In this document: piece after piece, positions 53,208 to 63,558 of the stretch | Position numbering within the stretch: the first letter of the stretch is position 1 | Layout of the letters: each line of letters begins with the position of its first letter | NCBI GenBank assembly: GCA_963799845.1 | Contig: CAWCYI010000004.1 | Coordinates: forward strand, 1,696,001 to 1,760,000 | Source of the DNA: an uncultured Nitrososphaerota archaeon | GTDB taxonomy: Archaea; Thermoproteota; Nitrososphaeria; Nitrososphaerales; CADDZS01 | DNA: 64,000 nt | Direction: 5' to 3' | Translations under genes and position numbers: made by a program | Notes under the pieces: generated by a model | The model's input: only the letters and a program-made list of their open reading frames with translations | Told to the model about the DNA's origin: nothing | Databases searched by the model: none

Positions 53208-54133
53208 CTAGACCTTGATTCTCTTTTCGATCTCATGATCAAGCCAGTCGTGGACAAGAATCCTCTCTTCTATGATTTTCGACCTGACCTCTCTCACTCC
53301 ATCCATTCCTCTTAGTCCACCAGAGATTCGATGAGCTTGCAAGATATTTTGACAAATTGCAGCGATTACTGTGTGGAACTCGGCAGTTGTGTCAATGAAA
53401 ATAATGGGTTCTGTCGATCTGAGAAGGAATCGATCTGCAATACTCTTTTTCTTCATATCAGCAAATGATAATAAAAAAAGGTAAAGAAAGCCTTCAATTC
53501 GCTTCATGTCGACGATGGGATCAGTGAAGAAAGCGTTGTCCTCTGCCAATGACGCGAGCCTTCTTCTCACTGTACGGCTCGAAACCCCTATTTGCGCAGC
53601 TGATGTCAGAAGTACTGCCATGCGAATTTTTTAACAGTGTTCTGATCACCTGCCAATCGGTTGTCCTCAGTTTCGTTTTGCTAGAAGGATAGGTTAGTTT
53701 CCAAGCTAGAGACGGTTGACTTGTCTTGCAAATGGAGCATATCAGTCGAATTTTCCGATTGAGATCATTTCCGTCTTCGTAGTAGAAGATCAACCTGAAT
53801 ACAGACTCGTCATGAAAACTGAAGATAATTACAACTCCCGCGATCAGTTTTAGCTGCGACACGATCTCGTCTTTTGACAAAGAAGCTGTGTTTCCTGATT
53901 CGAGAAGTACACTCTCCGCTTCCATGTTGAAGATGTGCGGATTCAAAATCGCACTCCAAGTCTTTAGAAAACCCGAATCCTCCATTCTTTTCAGGACGCT
54001 TCTTACAGTTTGATCGTCGACTCGAAGTTTCTTCGAAAGATCAGCTAAAGACTGTTGACCACTCCTTCGCAGCATGGAAGGACTAGACAGACTCCCTCAG
54101 GAGCCGAAAGTAAATACTGTCCCTATTTGCCAT
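53208..54133 (-). CDS. Double-wHTH Lrp/AsnC-like regulator (two extra bases, near 54095 and 53602)
   Basis: MANRDSIYFRLLRE / LSKKLRVDDQTVR / TDWQVIRTL / AQIGVSSRTVRRRL; span 926 = 3n+2. Confidence 0.8.
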
Positions 54134-54253
54134 ACATCACTAGTATAACGGGCATTTTCTTATTGATTCTGTCCAAGTAGACGAATTACGCAAGAGCCAA
54201 GTTAAACATCTTTTGAACGGTAATTATTTTTTCAGCTAGACGAGATATTAAAA

Positions 54254-54895
54254 ATGAAACTTTGCGTGTTCGGTGGGACAGGCGCGACCGGTGTTAATGT
54301 CATTCAAGTGGCCAAATCGAAAGGATACGAGGTCGTGGCACTTGCTCGACGACCAGAGGCCTTGAGAGATCGGTTTCCCGAGATTCAAGTCGTGCCCGGA
54401 GACGTTTTTAAGCCCGAAACCATCAAAGCAGCGATTATCGATAGTGACGCTGTAATTTCGACGCTCGGTCCAGTTGGACGAGCAAGAGAGACGAGTATCT
54501 ACTCGGAGGGCGTACTGAACATTGCACTGGTAATGCAAGAGCTTGGCAAACGGAGGTTGATCGTGGGCGCGTCTCTAATAGGAATCGATCCACATCCTAA
54601 TGCGACCTGGTACACCTTGATTTTTGCTAAACTCATTTTGCAACCAATACTTGGATGCCAATATCGAGATACCGCAAGGATGAAAGTGAAGTTGACCCAG
54701 TTTGATGACTTGGATTGGACTCTCGTTGGACTTCCAATGCTCACAAATGGCGGGGCTAGGGGTCACTTTAGAAGCTCAATAGGCTCACCGCTTAAGCACC
54801 CTTCCAGGATAAGCCGGGCAGATCTAGCCGATTACTTAGTTTCCATTATCAACGAAACCGCGACCTACAGGCAATGGACAGAAGTTTCTTGGTAA
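54254..54895 (+). CDS. NAD(P)H-binding (flavin/biliverdin reductase-like) oxidoreductase
   Basis: GGTGATG, LDWTLV, ISRADLA. Confidence 0.88.
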   Translation: MKLCVFGGTGATGVNVIQVAKSKGYEVVALARRPEALRDRFPEIQVVPGDVFKPETIKAAIIDSDAVISTLGPVGRARETSIYSEGVLNIALVMQELGKRRLIVGASLIGIDPHPNATWYTLIFAKLILQPILGCQYRDTARMKVKLTQFDDLDWTLVGLPMLTNGGARGHFRSSIGSPLKHPSRISRADLADYLVSIINETATYRQWTEVSW

Positions 54896-55007
54896 GAAAC
54901 CAATGACTCTCCCATTCGCTCTACATTCCTGTTCATTGTACTGCAAACTTTAATCAACCAGACTTTCCGAAAATTCGTAGTCTATTTCTTTGAAGGTCGA
55001 TTGATAA

Positions 55008-55728
55008 ATGCCCAATTTGAGAAAACCTCTTCTTAAAGAGCCACATTCTTCGCACTCGTTTCTTTCAGATTTTATCCTTGGCAGCCAGGACGGGCTCGTC
55101 AACGTACTTGGAATTCTACTGGGAATTTCCGCCGCGACGAGTGATGTTAGAATAATCTACGTTGCGGCACTCGCAGCTCTGGGCGCCGAATCGATCTCGA
55201 TGGGCGCAGTAGCTTATACCTCCACTGTTGCGAGGCGCAGGCAGTACCCTGAAGGAGACTTCTCGAGAGGAGCTTGAAATGAAAGAGGTCCCAGCCACAG
55301 AGTTCGAAGAGGTGCGGGACATCTTCAAGGGGTGGGGCTATGAGGGCGAGAAGCTTGAAGAAATGACTAACCGCATTGCGTCCAACCCGAAAGCGATGCT
55401 AGAGTTTATGATGTCGTTCGAACTCAAGCTTGCCCCGGTTGAAAAGAGCGAGGCTAGACGGAGCTTTTCAGTTGTGCTATCCTCGACGATTGTCGGGTCG
55501 ATTATACCGCTTATCCCATTTTTCTTCGTGACATCATCTACCATCGCTTCTGGGACGATCGCATCGATAATTCTGAGCGGTGCGACACTATTTTTCATAG
55601 GCGCATACGAAGCGAGGTCGACGATCGGTTCCATATGGTGGAGCGGTTTGCAAATGACGATGATAGGACTGGCGGCCGGATTCGCGGGCTATCTTATCGG
55701 GCACGTGGTGGGAGCCGTGCCTGCTTGA
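55008..55728 (+). CDS. VIT1/CCC1 iron/manganese transporter (one extra base near 55249)
   Basis: DFILGSQDGLV, AESISMG, GSIIPLIPF; span 721 = 3n+1. Confidence 0.9.
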
Positions 55729-55862
55729 CTGCGAGGCTCAAAGCTGAGCTCTTGACAGCGTCTCAAAACCCTGCTCGTTCATCATTGACGAAAGCGGAAT
55801 TATTCGCTACCAATATATCGGCAAAACGCGACGGATCGACCACAGGTTGGAGAGAATTAGGA

Positions 55863-56201
55863 TTGAGGAAACTGAAATCCATCGACGTCGTTTACGCGAA
55901 CTGGTGTCCCCACTGTGTTCCTACAGCGGTCGAGCCGATGAAGAAAGCGGCTAAAGAGCTGGGCGTTCCGTTGGTGCTGCTCGACATCGACACGAACGCG
56001 GTCAAAAGGGCAGACGAGCTCGTCAGAAAATACGGCGACTGGTCTGAGGATTACATCATACCACAGGTCTTTCTGGAATTCGATGACGGTGAGGTCAAGC
56101 ACGTTTTGACAGGATACTCGGAAGGTGTTTCCCTCACCAAGGCAGCAGTTGAGAGATTCTTGAAAAGCCCGCTGTACCAGAGTTTGACCGTCAAGAGTTG
56201 A
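55863..56201 (+). CDS. Thioredoxin-fold protein
   Basis: WCPHC and YIIPQ cis-Pro motif; TTG start inferred. Confidence 0.8.
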   Translation: MRKLKSIDVVYANWCPHCVPTAVEPMKKAAKELGVPLVLLDIDTNAVKRADELVRKYGDWSEDYIIPQVFLEFDDGEVKHVLTGYSEGVSLTKAAVERFLKSPLYQSLTVKS

Positions 56202-56677
56202 AGGTGCCCATGAATTTGGCCGAAACAGAATTACGCGGACTGGTTGAAGAAAAGCTCAACGAACCAACAACCTGCTATGGTCACTGCGAGCAACAGTCTC
56301 AACTCAGATTTGTAGGTGACCGAGAACTGACAGGGGTTTTTGTCTGCCCTTCCGGTTATGTTTCGAGAATAGTTAGGTATGGCGACGAAATAGACGTTCC
56401 GAAATTCAAGTCGTTTCTCGAAAATGTAGTCGGAAGCAGCTTGGACATCCAGAGCGAAGACATCAGAACCGCAACTCGGTACAGCTGGGACTTCGGCATC
56501 GAGAGCGATAAAGAAAGAATACTGAGGGAAGCGTACTGGACTCAAAATTACAGGAGAACCAAGAGGGGCGATTCTGACCGTTCCGCGCTTTTTCTCTGCA
56601 CGAACTGCAATGAAAACTTCCTAGTCCAGGCCGTAACGAGCAAGTCGTCACTGTGCGAAAGATGCAGCAACGTTTGA
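56198..56677 (+). CDS. Cys-rich hypothetical protein
   Basis: CYGHC, CPSG, CTNC, CERC; overlaps the thioredoxin stop. Confidence 0.7.
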   Translation: MKVPMNLAETELRGLVEEKLNEPTTCYGHCEQQSQLRFVGDRELTGVFVCPSGYVSRIVRYGDEIDVPKFKSFLENVVGSSLDIQSEDIRTATRYSWDFGIESDKERILREAYWTQNYRRTKRGDSDRSALFLCTNCNENFLVQAVTSKSSLCERCSNV

Positions 56678-56734
56678 GTCCAGAAAATTTTCGAGCCCTA
56701 ACGGGCAAACATGATCTGAAGGTTGTGTTGTCAA

Positions 56735-57079
56735 CTAGAAGCCGTCAAAAAAGAGAACTTCTGGATACGGGTCCTGTCTGGGCCCGTTGAAATCCATTCC
56801 GGTTATTGCTTTGGTGCCGTCTTTGAGCCACACATCGAAAGGATCCTTGGATTGTCCAAAGTCAGCCATAGACTTCTGGACATCATCCGCCTCGAAGAAA
56901 ACTATCAGCGTGCTGCTCTGAGGAAGCTGCTGGAGAAACCAGGCATGTCTCTTTATTTTCAACCGTTTTGAACTTTTTTCGAAATCCTTCTTTTTGTTCT
57001 TGACATCCGCCGCAAAATTTCTTGCCCGTCCTTCATTACCCGGGAGCACGGGAAAGGCGAGACCGACTACTGAGGTCAT
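56735..57079 (-). CDS. Dimeric alpha/beta-barrel-like hypothetical protein
   Basis: FPVLPG...WFLQ...SKDPFDVW...ITG. Confidence 0.7.
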   Translation of the reverse strand: MTSVVGLAFPVLPGNEGRARNFAADVKNKKKDFEKSSKRLKIKRHAWFLQQLPQSSTLIVFFEADDVQKSMADFGQSKDPFDVWLKDGTKAITGMDFNGPRQDPYPEVLFFDGF

Positions 57080-57234
57080 TATATCGCTAGATTCCGCGGC
57101 CTCGATGGTAGATATACGTTTTCCCCTCGAACTTCAGCCGTTATCTTCGAGATTTTAGGAACCGAAAACAATTGGAATTAATGTATATTTTTGGCCGTCC
57201 ATTTAGACTTGGCTGGAATGAATGCTCACTGTAA

Positions 57235-57462
57235 CTATTGATCGGCAATCTTTTCATCATTCTGCATTCGCCTAAATTGTTCAAGAGTGAGGCCCTTTGT
57301 TTTGGCAAATGCAATTATCCTTCGCGAGCTGAATTCACAGTCTCTGCAGATCCATGCCGAACAAGTGGTGCAGTACTTCACTTCCTTCTTACTCGAATCT
57401 TTCAGTGTCAATCTGCATACGTCGCAAATTCCAATCTCCCACTTGTCGGTCACGTTCCGCAT
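57235..57462 (-). CDS. Zinc-finger microprotein (B-box-like)
   Basis: CDVC-x13-YCTTCSAWICRDC. Confidence 0.65.
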   Translation of the reverse strand: MRNVTDKWEIGICDVCRLTLKDSSKKEVKYCTTCSAWICRDCEFSSRRIIAFAKTKGLTLEQFRRMQNDEKIADQ

Positions 57463-57506
57463 TCACTTTGAAGAATAGGTCGGAGGATCTCTGATTATCG
57501 CTAAGA

Positions 57507-57929
57507 TTACCCATATGCGGAGATCAGTGGAAGTTTGGAATCACCGCTGGGTTGTGACGAAAATATTTCCTTGACGTCGAGAACCCAAATCCTATGAGGT
57601 TTAGTACCAAACCCGTGTTCCTTCAACTTTGAAATAGCCTGTTGTTCGAGCTGCTCATCGGTAACTTCCATCGCCTCTCCCTTTAACTGAAAGCCGCCCA
57701 TAGTCTGAGCATCAATTACCGAGGCCGTAACTTTGTTCCACGCCATCAAATTTGCCAGAGTTTTGTTTTCGTAAAGATCTGCGAAAAGCAGTCGATCATT
57801 GTTCCCAACTATTCCGAGAACAAATCGCGGCGAAATGTTTGGTACTCCCGCTTTATCGACACTTCCAATAAACGCCACATTGTCATTCTTTATCAACAGC
57901 CGAATTACTTCTTCAGGTATCTGGACCAA
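57507..57929 (-). CDS. Pyridoxamine 5'-phosphate oxidase-like FMN-binding protein
   Basis: GVPNISP, KTLANL, GFQLKG. Confidence 0.85.
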   Translation of the reverse strand: MVQIPEEVIRLLIKNDNVAFIGSVDKAGVPNISPRFVLGIVGNNDRLLFADLYENKTLANLMAWNKVTASVIDAQTMGGFQLKGEAMEVTDEQLEQQAISKLKEHGFGTKPHRIWVLDVKEIFSSQPSGDSKLPLISAYG

Positions 57930-58031
57930 TCCGATATGACCGTGATAGGAATTTCAAAGCCCGAAGCATAAAGCGCTTTCTTGCGTTAAGGAACTCGTTT
58001 CGTTAGAAAGTACATCAGATAGGTCGTTCTT

Positions 58032-58469
58032 CTAGTTCTTCTTTGTTTGGAAATACTTCTTCAGCGGCTCCCAGTAATATGTCATCCATCCTTCACTGTA
58101 CATCTTCGATTGCGAAGCAGGCACTTTGAATTGCACCATCGTGAGCTCAGTTTCTTTTCCCTTGGGCTTGAATGTTAATTCCAGGATCGATGGCGGATAA
58201 CCGCTAGGCCATTCGGTCGTTGACCATTCCTGCACGATCTTTTCGCCCTCCACAAGTTGGAGATACTTGCCGGTGATGTAACCATCTCCGTGCGTCATCT
58301 TCCCGCCGACTTTTGGCACACCTGTTGCCGCCTGGCCGGTAAATTCAGCAGCCTTCTTGGTATCAACATACGCAAGATAGACTTCCTTCGGCTTCCCAGG
58401 GATTATCACTTTCTGGGTTATAGTCGCGACTTTAAGATCGGGACTTTTCTTGCTCATGGTAGTGGGCAT
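58032..58469 (-). CDS. SRPBCC / AHSA1-like protein
   Basis: KIVQEW...GWMTYYWEPLKKY. Confidence 0.88.
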   Translation of the reverse strand: MPTTMSKKSPDLKVATITQKVIIPGKPKEVYLAYVDTKKAAEFTGQAATGVPKVGGKMTHGDGYITGKYLQLVEGEKIVQEWSTTEWPSGYPPSILELTFKPKGKETELTMVQFKVPASQSKMYSEGWMTYYWEPLKKYFQTKKN

Positions 58470-58564
58470 TCACAAAAAATTACCTACTAATAAAACATGA
58501 TACGACCGAGAATATTTGCAAATCATACAGGGTTGTTAATAGCAGTCCATGACTTCTTTCTTCT

Positions 58565-60187
58565 TCAAAGATCCTCTCTCCGCCTTATCGAATCCCCCGC
58601 CCTGTTCAAAACGCTATTCAGAATCACCACAGAATAACCTACGCCGGAGATTGCCAGTATGATTCCCAACGGAACAAGTGTTCCAACTCCGAATATACCT
58701 AACAGCCACCCTGCCGCGAGCACGAGAAGCATCAGCGGTCCAACCATCAAGAGGTTGAATGCCGTCTGGAAAACGAAGCGCTTGATGTTTGTCAGGTTCT
58801 GTGCCTGGACAGCCAGGATGTCGTCTGTCGAGCTCTGTGAGTATCTCGCGGCAAAATACATGCTGCCACCCATCGTTATCCCGGCTATCTGCACGGCGCC
58901 GATCAGGGCAAGTACGATGCTGAGGAGTGTTTCCGGCTTTCCGAGATTTCCGGGTATCAACAAGCCTGCGACCACCACGATCGCTGGAGCCAGAAACAAC
59001 AATAGAGGAGTAACTCTCGCAAGAAATACATTCTTCACATAAGAGCGCAGACTTATCGAGGAAGTCTTCAAAATCCACAGCCTCTCCTTCTCGATCCAAC
59101 TCATCGCGTTACCCGAGCCGAACGAGCCGATGATGAACAGGATTAGCAAAAACGATGTCGGAGACGATATGAAAGTCCCCGCTAGAGAATAGATTACCAG
59201 GAAGACCGAGAGTATGAGAGAGCTGAACATTAGACCTCTTGCCTCCTTCGTCCGGCTCATCAGGATTCTTTCCTTTGTCCTGACGACCGACCAGACTGAC
59301 TTTCCTTCTGGGTTCAGCTTTGATACCTCACTCTTGCCGTTGAGACTCGTTTCCGACTGGTCAGGATTGGTGACCTGGAGTAGCTCGTAGAACTGCCGCC
59401 TCGACATTCTTAACCCAATAATCAAAAACCCGACGACCCACATAAGCAATAGTGCAAAGTCGAAAACATAACTTCCAAAACTAATTCCAAGGCCGCTGAC
59501 CAAGCCCACGGTAATTTCGGCGACTATACCGCTCGGGAGAAAACGAATCACGCTGACCACGAGAGAAGACTGCACTCCCGGAATGAGTGTAACTAGGGGT
59601 ATCATGCTGGCGATGAGTATCAGACCGGTCAACACATACTTCAGACTCGACATCCTGCCATCTAAATTGGATCTCTGCGCCAGCGTGATGTCGGCGCTGA
59701 ACAATAAACCCATGAAGAAAAATACCAGCGTCACGAGTCCCGCGACTACAGCCGTAATTGCGGGAGTGTCGTAGAAGAAGGTCGCCCTCAGGTAGAGGAA
59801 GAAGATTGGTGGAAATGTCAGTAGCGTCGTGACTGAATTGAGCAAAATCTTTGCCGTGAATACCTCGGTAGTTTTCACTGGTGCTGTGAAAACATAGTCT
59901 ACGTCGGCAGAAACAAAGGGCAGCCCTGCACCGCTAAACCCGCTCTGCACGAGTCCGATCAAATAAAAGCCAAGTACTAATCCCCACAACGCTTCCGTGA
60001 TCTGGGCTCCTCCCGTCTGCCCGAACCGTGTCGAGAACGAGAGAAATGTACCGCCGGCAAAAAGTAGAAAGACCGAGAGAGCTATCTCCCCCAGGAGCAT
60101 GGCCATAAATGTCGTCTTTGTGAATCTTCCTTTAGACCAATACTTCACAAGTGTCGAAACGTTCCCTACTGATCGCCCAAAGCTCAA
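58565..60187 (-). CDS. Putative ABC exporter permease
   Basis: ADVDYVFTAPV; 12 or more TM; downstream of the ATPase. Confidence 0.8.
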   Translation of the reverse strand: MSFGRSVGNVSTLVKYWSKGRFTKTTFMAMLLGEIALSVFLLFAGGTFLSFSTRFGQTGGAQITEALWGLVLGFYLIGLVQSGFSGAGLPFVSADVDYVFTAPVKTTEVFTAKILLNSVTTLLTFPPIFFLYLRATFFYDTPAITAVVAGLVTLVFFFMGLLFSADITLAQRSNLDGRMSSLKYVLTGLILIASMIPLVTLIPGVQSSLVVSVIRFLPSGIVAEITVGLVSGLGISFGSYVFDFALLLMWVVGFLIIGLRMSRRQFYELLQVTNPDQSETSLNGKSEVSKLNPEGKSVWSVVRTKERILMSRTKEARGLMFSSLILSVFLVIYSLAGTFISSPTSFLLILFIIGSFGSGNAMSWIEKERLWILKTSSISLRSYVKNVFLARVTPLLLFLAPAIVVVAGLLIPGNLGKPETLLSIVLALIGAVQIAGITMGGSMYFAARYSQSSTDDILAVQAQNLTNIKRFVFQTAFNLLMVGPLMLLVLAAGWLLGIFGVGTLVPLGIILAISGVGYSVVILNSVLNRAGDSIRRREDL

Positions 60188-60196
60188 GCAGATCGC

Positions 60197-60931
60197 CTAA
60201 CCAGACTCTGTAAGTTTCAGGAAAACGTCGTCCAGTTTCGCATCATCTTTCGTGTTAGCCATCTTGCGTAGCGAGTTCAGCTCCCCAACCGCCACGATCT
60301 TTCCCTTGTCGATAATAGCGATTTTGTTCGCGTAGTCTTGCGCGATGTCAAGGTTGTGAGTTGAGAGAAACACGGTTACACCCCTGCTCGCGGTCATCGT
60401 GATCCACTGGTTCACGAATCTCTGCGTCTTGGGATCCAGCCCGCTGAGCGGTTCGTCCAGAACCAAGAATCGCGGGTCGTGGAGCATGGACGCTATGATT
60501 GCGACCTTTTGCTTCGTTCCCTTTGAGAGACTTCCGACCAGTGCGTTCTTCTTGTCTTCGATGTCAAAAGCTCTCAGGGATTCGGGGATCTTTGAGTCGA
60601 GGTCCTGATCGCTTACTGCTCTAATTTTTCCAACAAACTGAAGAAACTCCGTAACGGTAAGCGCGGTGTAAAGAGAGGCGTTCTCCGGCAAGTATCCGAT
60701 TATTTTCTTAGCCGCTTCTGGCTCCCGCATTATGTCGATTCCATCTAGAACTACGGTACCGCTAGTGGGCCTCAATATTCCGACGATGATTTTCAGAAGA
60801 GTGCTCTTCCCTGCACCGTTCGGCCCCAAAAGTCCGACGATTTCCCCTGAGCCGATCTTGAGGGAGACGTTGTTTAGCGCGATAACATCGCCATACTTCT
60901 TAGTGAGATTCTCTACGATCAGATCTGCCAA
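60197..60931 (-). CDS. ABC transporter ATP-binding protein
   Basis: GPNGAGKS, LSKG, VLDEPLSGLDP, STH. Confidence 0.93.
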   Translation of the reverse strand: MADLIVENLTKKYGDVIALNNVSLKIGSGEIVGLLGPNGAGKSTLLKIIVGILRPTSGTVVLDGIDIMREPEAAKKIIGYLPENASLYTALTVTEFLQFVGKIRAVSDQDLDSKIPESLRAFDIEDKKNALVGSLSKGTKQKVAIIASMLHDPRFLVLDEPLSGLDPKTQRFVNQWITMTASRGVTVFLSTHNLDIAQDYANKIAIIDKGKIVAVGELNSLRKMANTKDDAKLDDVFLKLTESG

Positions 60932-61252
60932 TTGCGTTCACACAGCCAAGAAACCACATCCGCCGTCGTGATAATGATTAAAGTATCAATAGTAATTGCC
61001 AATTTATTTTCGCAAAGCGGCTATTGGGCGCCCAAGCATATAGGGATTGCATCTTGCCGGTTTAGACTGCTCGGAAAGAAGCGATTTGGCGATAGAATTA
61101 CTCAGACCATTGTTGACTATGCACATTTCGGCAAGCCGACGTCTAACGCTGTCTGATTAACTCATATCATTTCGAAGAAAAAAAGAAAGAAGTGGGGAGG
61201 AGCCCGGGCCAGTATGACCAAAGCCCTGTTTCACTTGGAGGTACGTCTGAAT

Positions 61253-62377
61253 CTACGATGCTGCCAGACCAGATGCGCTGGCGGCCAATCCAGACACGGA
61301 ACCTACGGACGAGATGCTGCCTCCCGAGACTAGGAATCCGGTGATGGATGCACCGTTGTGCACGTACAAGAACTGGCTGTTTTGGGTGAAGGCCATATCA
61401 AGGGTCGCTATGAGGGTGATAGCCGCAACAGAGCTGAAAAGCGTCAGCCCGCCATTATTCGAAACGTAGTAACTCGATATGGTTCCGCCGTGGGCGTTTG
61501 CCGCGTACGCAAAGTGACCGCTGCTATCGACCTCAAGCCAGCAGGGCGCCAATCCGAAATCGGGGATTGCTCCGCTGATGATCGACAGTTTTCCTTGGCT
61601 AGAAACGAAGTAGGATGTAACCGAGTTCGATGCGGCCTCTGAAACTAACAATACGTCCTGATTGTTGAACGAAAACCCGTATGGTCCCATTCCTGCAGAG
61701 GTTTGCGAATCAGGCGCGCTTGCGACTCCGCTCTTGCCAACCGTATACGTATCTATGGTGTTCGTACCTTTCTCAGTCACAACGAGAACGTTTCCCCAGT
61801 TGTTGAAACCTATCTGTTCTGGAGAGGGAGTTGATGCCCCGCTCAGCGGCTGGATCGATCCGCTAATGAATGTCAGCACACCCGCATTGCTCAACCTGAA
61901 TCCCGCAATATTTCCAGAGCCTTCGGCATCAAGCACGTAGACAAGCTTTCCGGATACAGCCAGGCTGATCGGATCACTTCCATGCGAGCTTGCCTTGCTT
62001 ACAAATGTCAGACCCACACCATGTACTTTGAATACTGAGATCTGGTTGCTACCTGCATCGACGACCAAGAGCCAGCGGCCGTCAGAAGTCAACACGACAG
62101 CCCCTTGGCTTGCTAAACCGGTTCCGGTACCCAGTCCATGCGTCGAGACCGAACCCAAAGAGGTCAGCGACCCGTCCGAAGCTCTCGCGTAAACCCAGAC
62201 ATTGTTTCCAGATGCAGAATTGTCGATTATGTAGACCGCTCCGGCCACTCCGCTGTATGCAGCGGTGGAGATGCCGACCGAAGCCAGTATTGCTATTATT
62301 GCTGCTAATGATATGATTGATACCATGGCAGTAGACACACCTAAGTTCTTATTCACCGTTCTGAGATTGGTTCTCAT
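61253..62377 (-). CDS. Secreted lactonase-family beta-propeller protein
   Basis: Repeated blades (DAGSNQISVF, APCWL, YAANA); N-terminal TM. Confidence 0.85.
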   Translation of the reverse strand: MRTNLRTVNKNLGVSTAMVSIISLAAIIAILASVGISTAAYSGVAGAVYIIDNSASGNNVWVYARASDGSLTSLGSVSTHGLGTGTGLASQGAVVLTSDGRWLLVVDAGSNQISVFKVHGVGLTFVSKASSHGSDPISLAVSGKLVYVLDAEGSGNIAGFRLSNAGVLTFISGSIQPLSGASTPSPEQIGFNNWGNVLVVTEKGTNTIDTYTVGKSGVASAPDSQTSAGMGPYGFSFNNQDVLLVSEAASNSVTSYFVSSQGKLSIISGAIPDFGLAPCWLEVDSSGHFAYAANAHGGTISSYYVSNNGGLTLFSSVAAITLIATLDMAFTQNSQFLYVHNGASITGFLVSGGSISSVGSVSGLAASASGLAAS

Positions 62378-62661
62378 GATTCCAGCGGATGAAGGGAAAT
62401 TATTTAGGTAAACTTCAATCTCTGTTACAAATCTCTTCGAAATTTGTTGCACATCGCATGTCTACTTTGCGATGAATCCACGGTTCAAAGATTAACGCAG
62501 GCAAGTACGCTTCGATGTTCTAGAACAATCTTCTAGTTCTATTAGGTACCCATATTCCCATCCTGGCGGATATGTCCTCACTGTCCTGAGCCTACTTACT
62601 GGGGAATCTCTGGAACTGCCCTAACTGTCGACTACTTATTTCATGTCGGCCAAAAAATGCT

Positions 62662-63012
62662 TCAACTTCCCCCAGCTGGAGAAACTTTCTCATTACGATT
62701 TCCTTTCCCGTCGGGCTCGTTCAAAAATCTCCTGATCCCAGTTCCAAACATCAGCATAGTCAACCAGAATCCCACCATAAGTGCCACTAGGGCGTAGTTG
62801 CTGTAGAGATTCAGTACGCTCAATCCAATTGAGATGATCGTCGCAGTTATGAAATTCGAAAGGCCCCAAATAATGTTGGTTCTGGGAGGAGACTTTTGAC
62901 CAAATGGGCTCCTGAATATTTTCCCCGCGGCTCCAAATACAAAGTGCGGCACCCCGTTGCCTAGCAGAAATCCTATAACGAAATACCAGATCAAAAAAAG
63001 TTGGAGTGCCAA
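62662..63012 (-). CDS. Small membrane protein
   Basis: NGVPHFVFG..G..F.SPF...N..WG. Confidence 0.7.
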   Translation of the reverse strand: MALQLFLIWYFVIGFLLGNGVPHFVFGAAGKIFRSPFGQKSPPRTNIIWGLSNFITATIISIGLSVLNLYSNYALVALMVGFWLTMLMFGTGIRRFLNEPDGKGNRNEKVSPAGGS

Positions 63013-63021
63013 TTAAAGCCC

Positions 63022-63294
63022 TCAGGGTTTATCTGTCGAAGGATCCGGACCAGTAGCCGCACCTTGCTTATTCTCGACGACTGTCTTTGGTTTCTCCTTC
63101 CTTGTACCCATCATGAATCCGATTACTGCGAGAACGAATCCAAACAATGCAATGACGGAACCGGCATATATCCAGAAAGTCACTCCACTCATCATAGAAC
63201 CGGGAAGAATCCCGTCACCTTGAAGAGCAAATCCCGTGCCGAACAAGATCAGCAAGATTCCAACGATTACCAGTACCATGAAAGAGCGTTTCAA
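63022..63294 (-). CDS. Small 2-TM protein, paralog of 42065..42352
   Basis: ALQGDG.L.GS.M.G..FWIYAGS. Confidence 0.75.
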   Translation of the reverse strand: MKRSFMVLVIVGILLILFGTGFALQGDGILPGSMMSGVTFWIYAGSVIALFGFVLAVIGFMMGTRKEKPKTVVENKQGAATGPDPSTDKP

Positions 63295-63558
63295 ATGACT
63301 TCCTCCTTCACGCTGGAACAGAAGGGTATAAACTTTATTGGGCAACCAATACAGCCCGCAACAGAACCGTCTTGTATTGAATAATGCCTAAATGGGTCAT
63401 AATTGAGCAACTAGAAAAGAGACTCAATGATGACTTTCGATTCCGAAACTCACGCAGACAAGCCAAAAACAAGAATCCTACTGAGAAAGACAGTTCAGAA
63501 TGAAGTGCAATCATTAACTCTTGACTGCAACGCCTACAGTCTCAGGAGTCGAATATTG

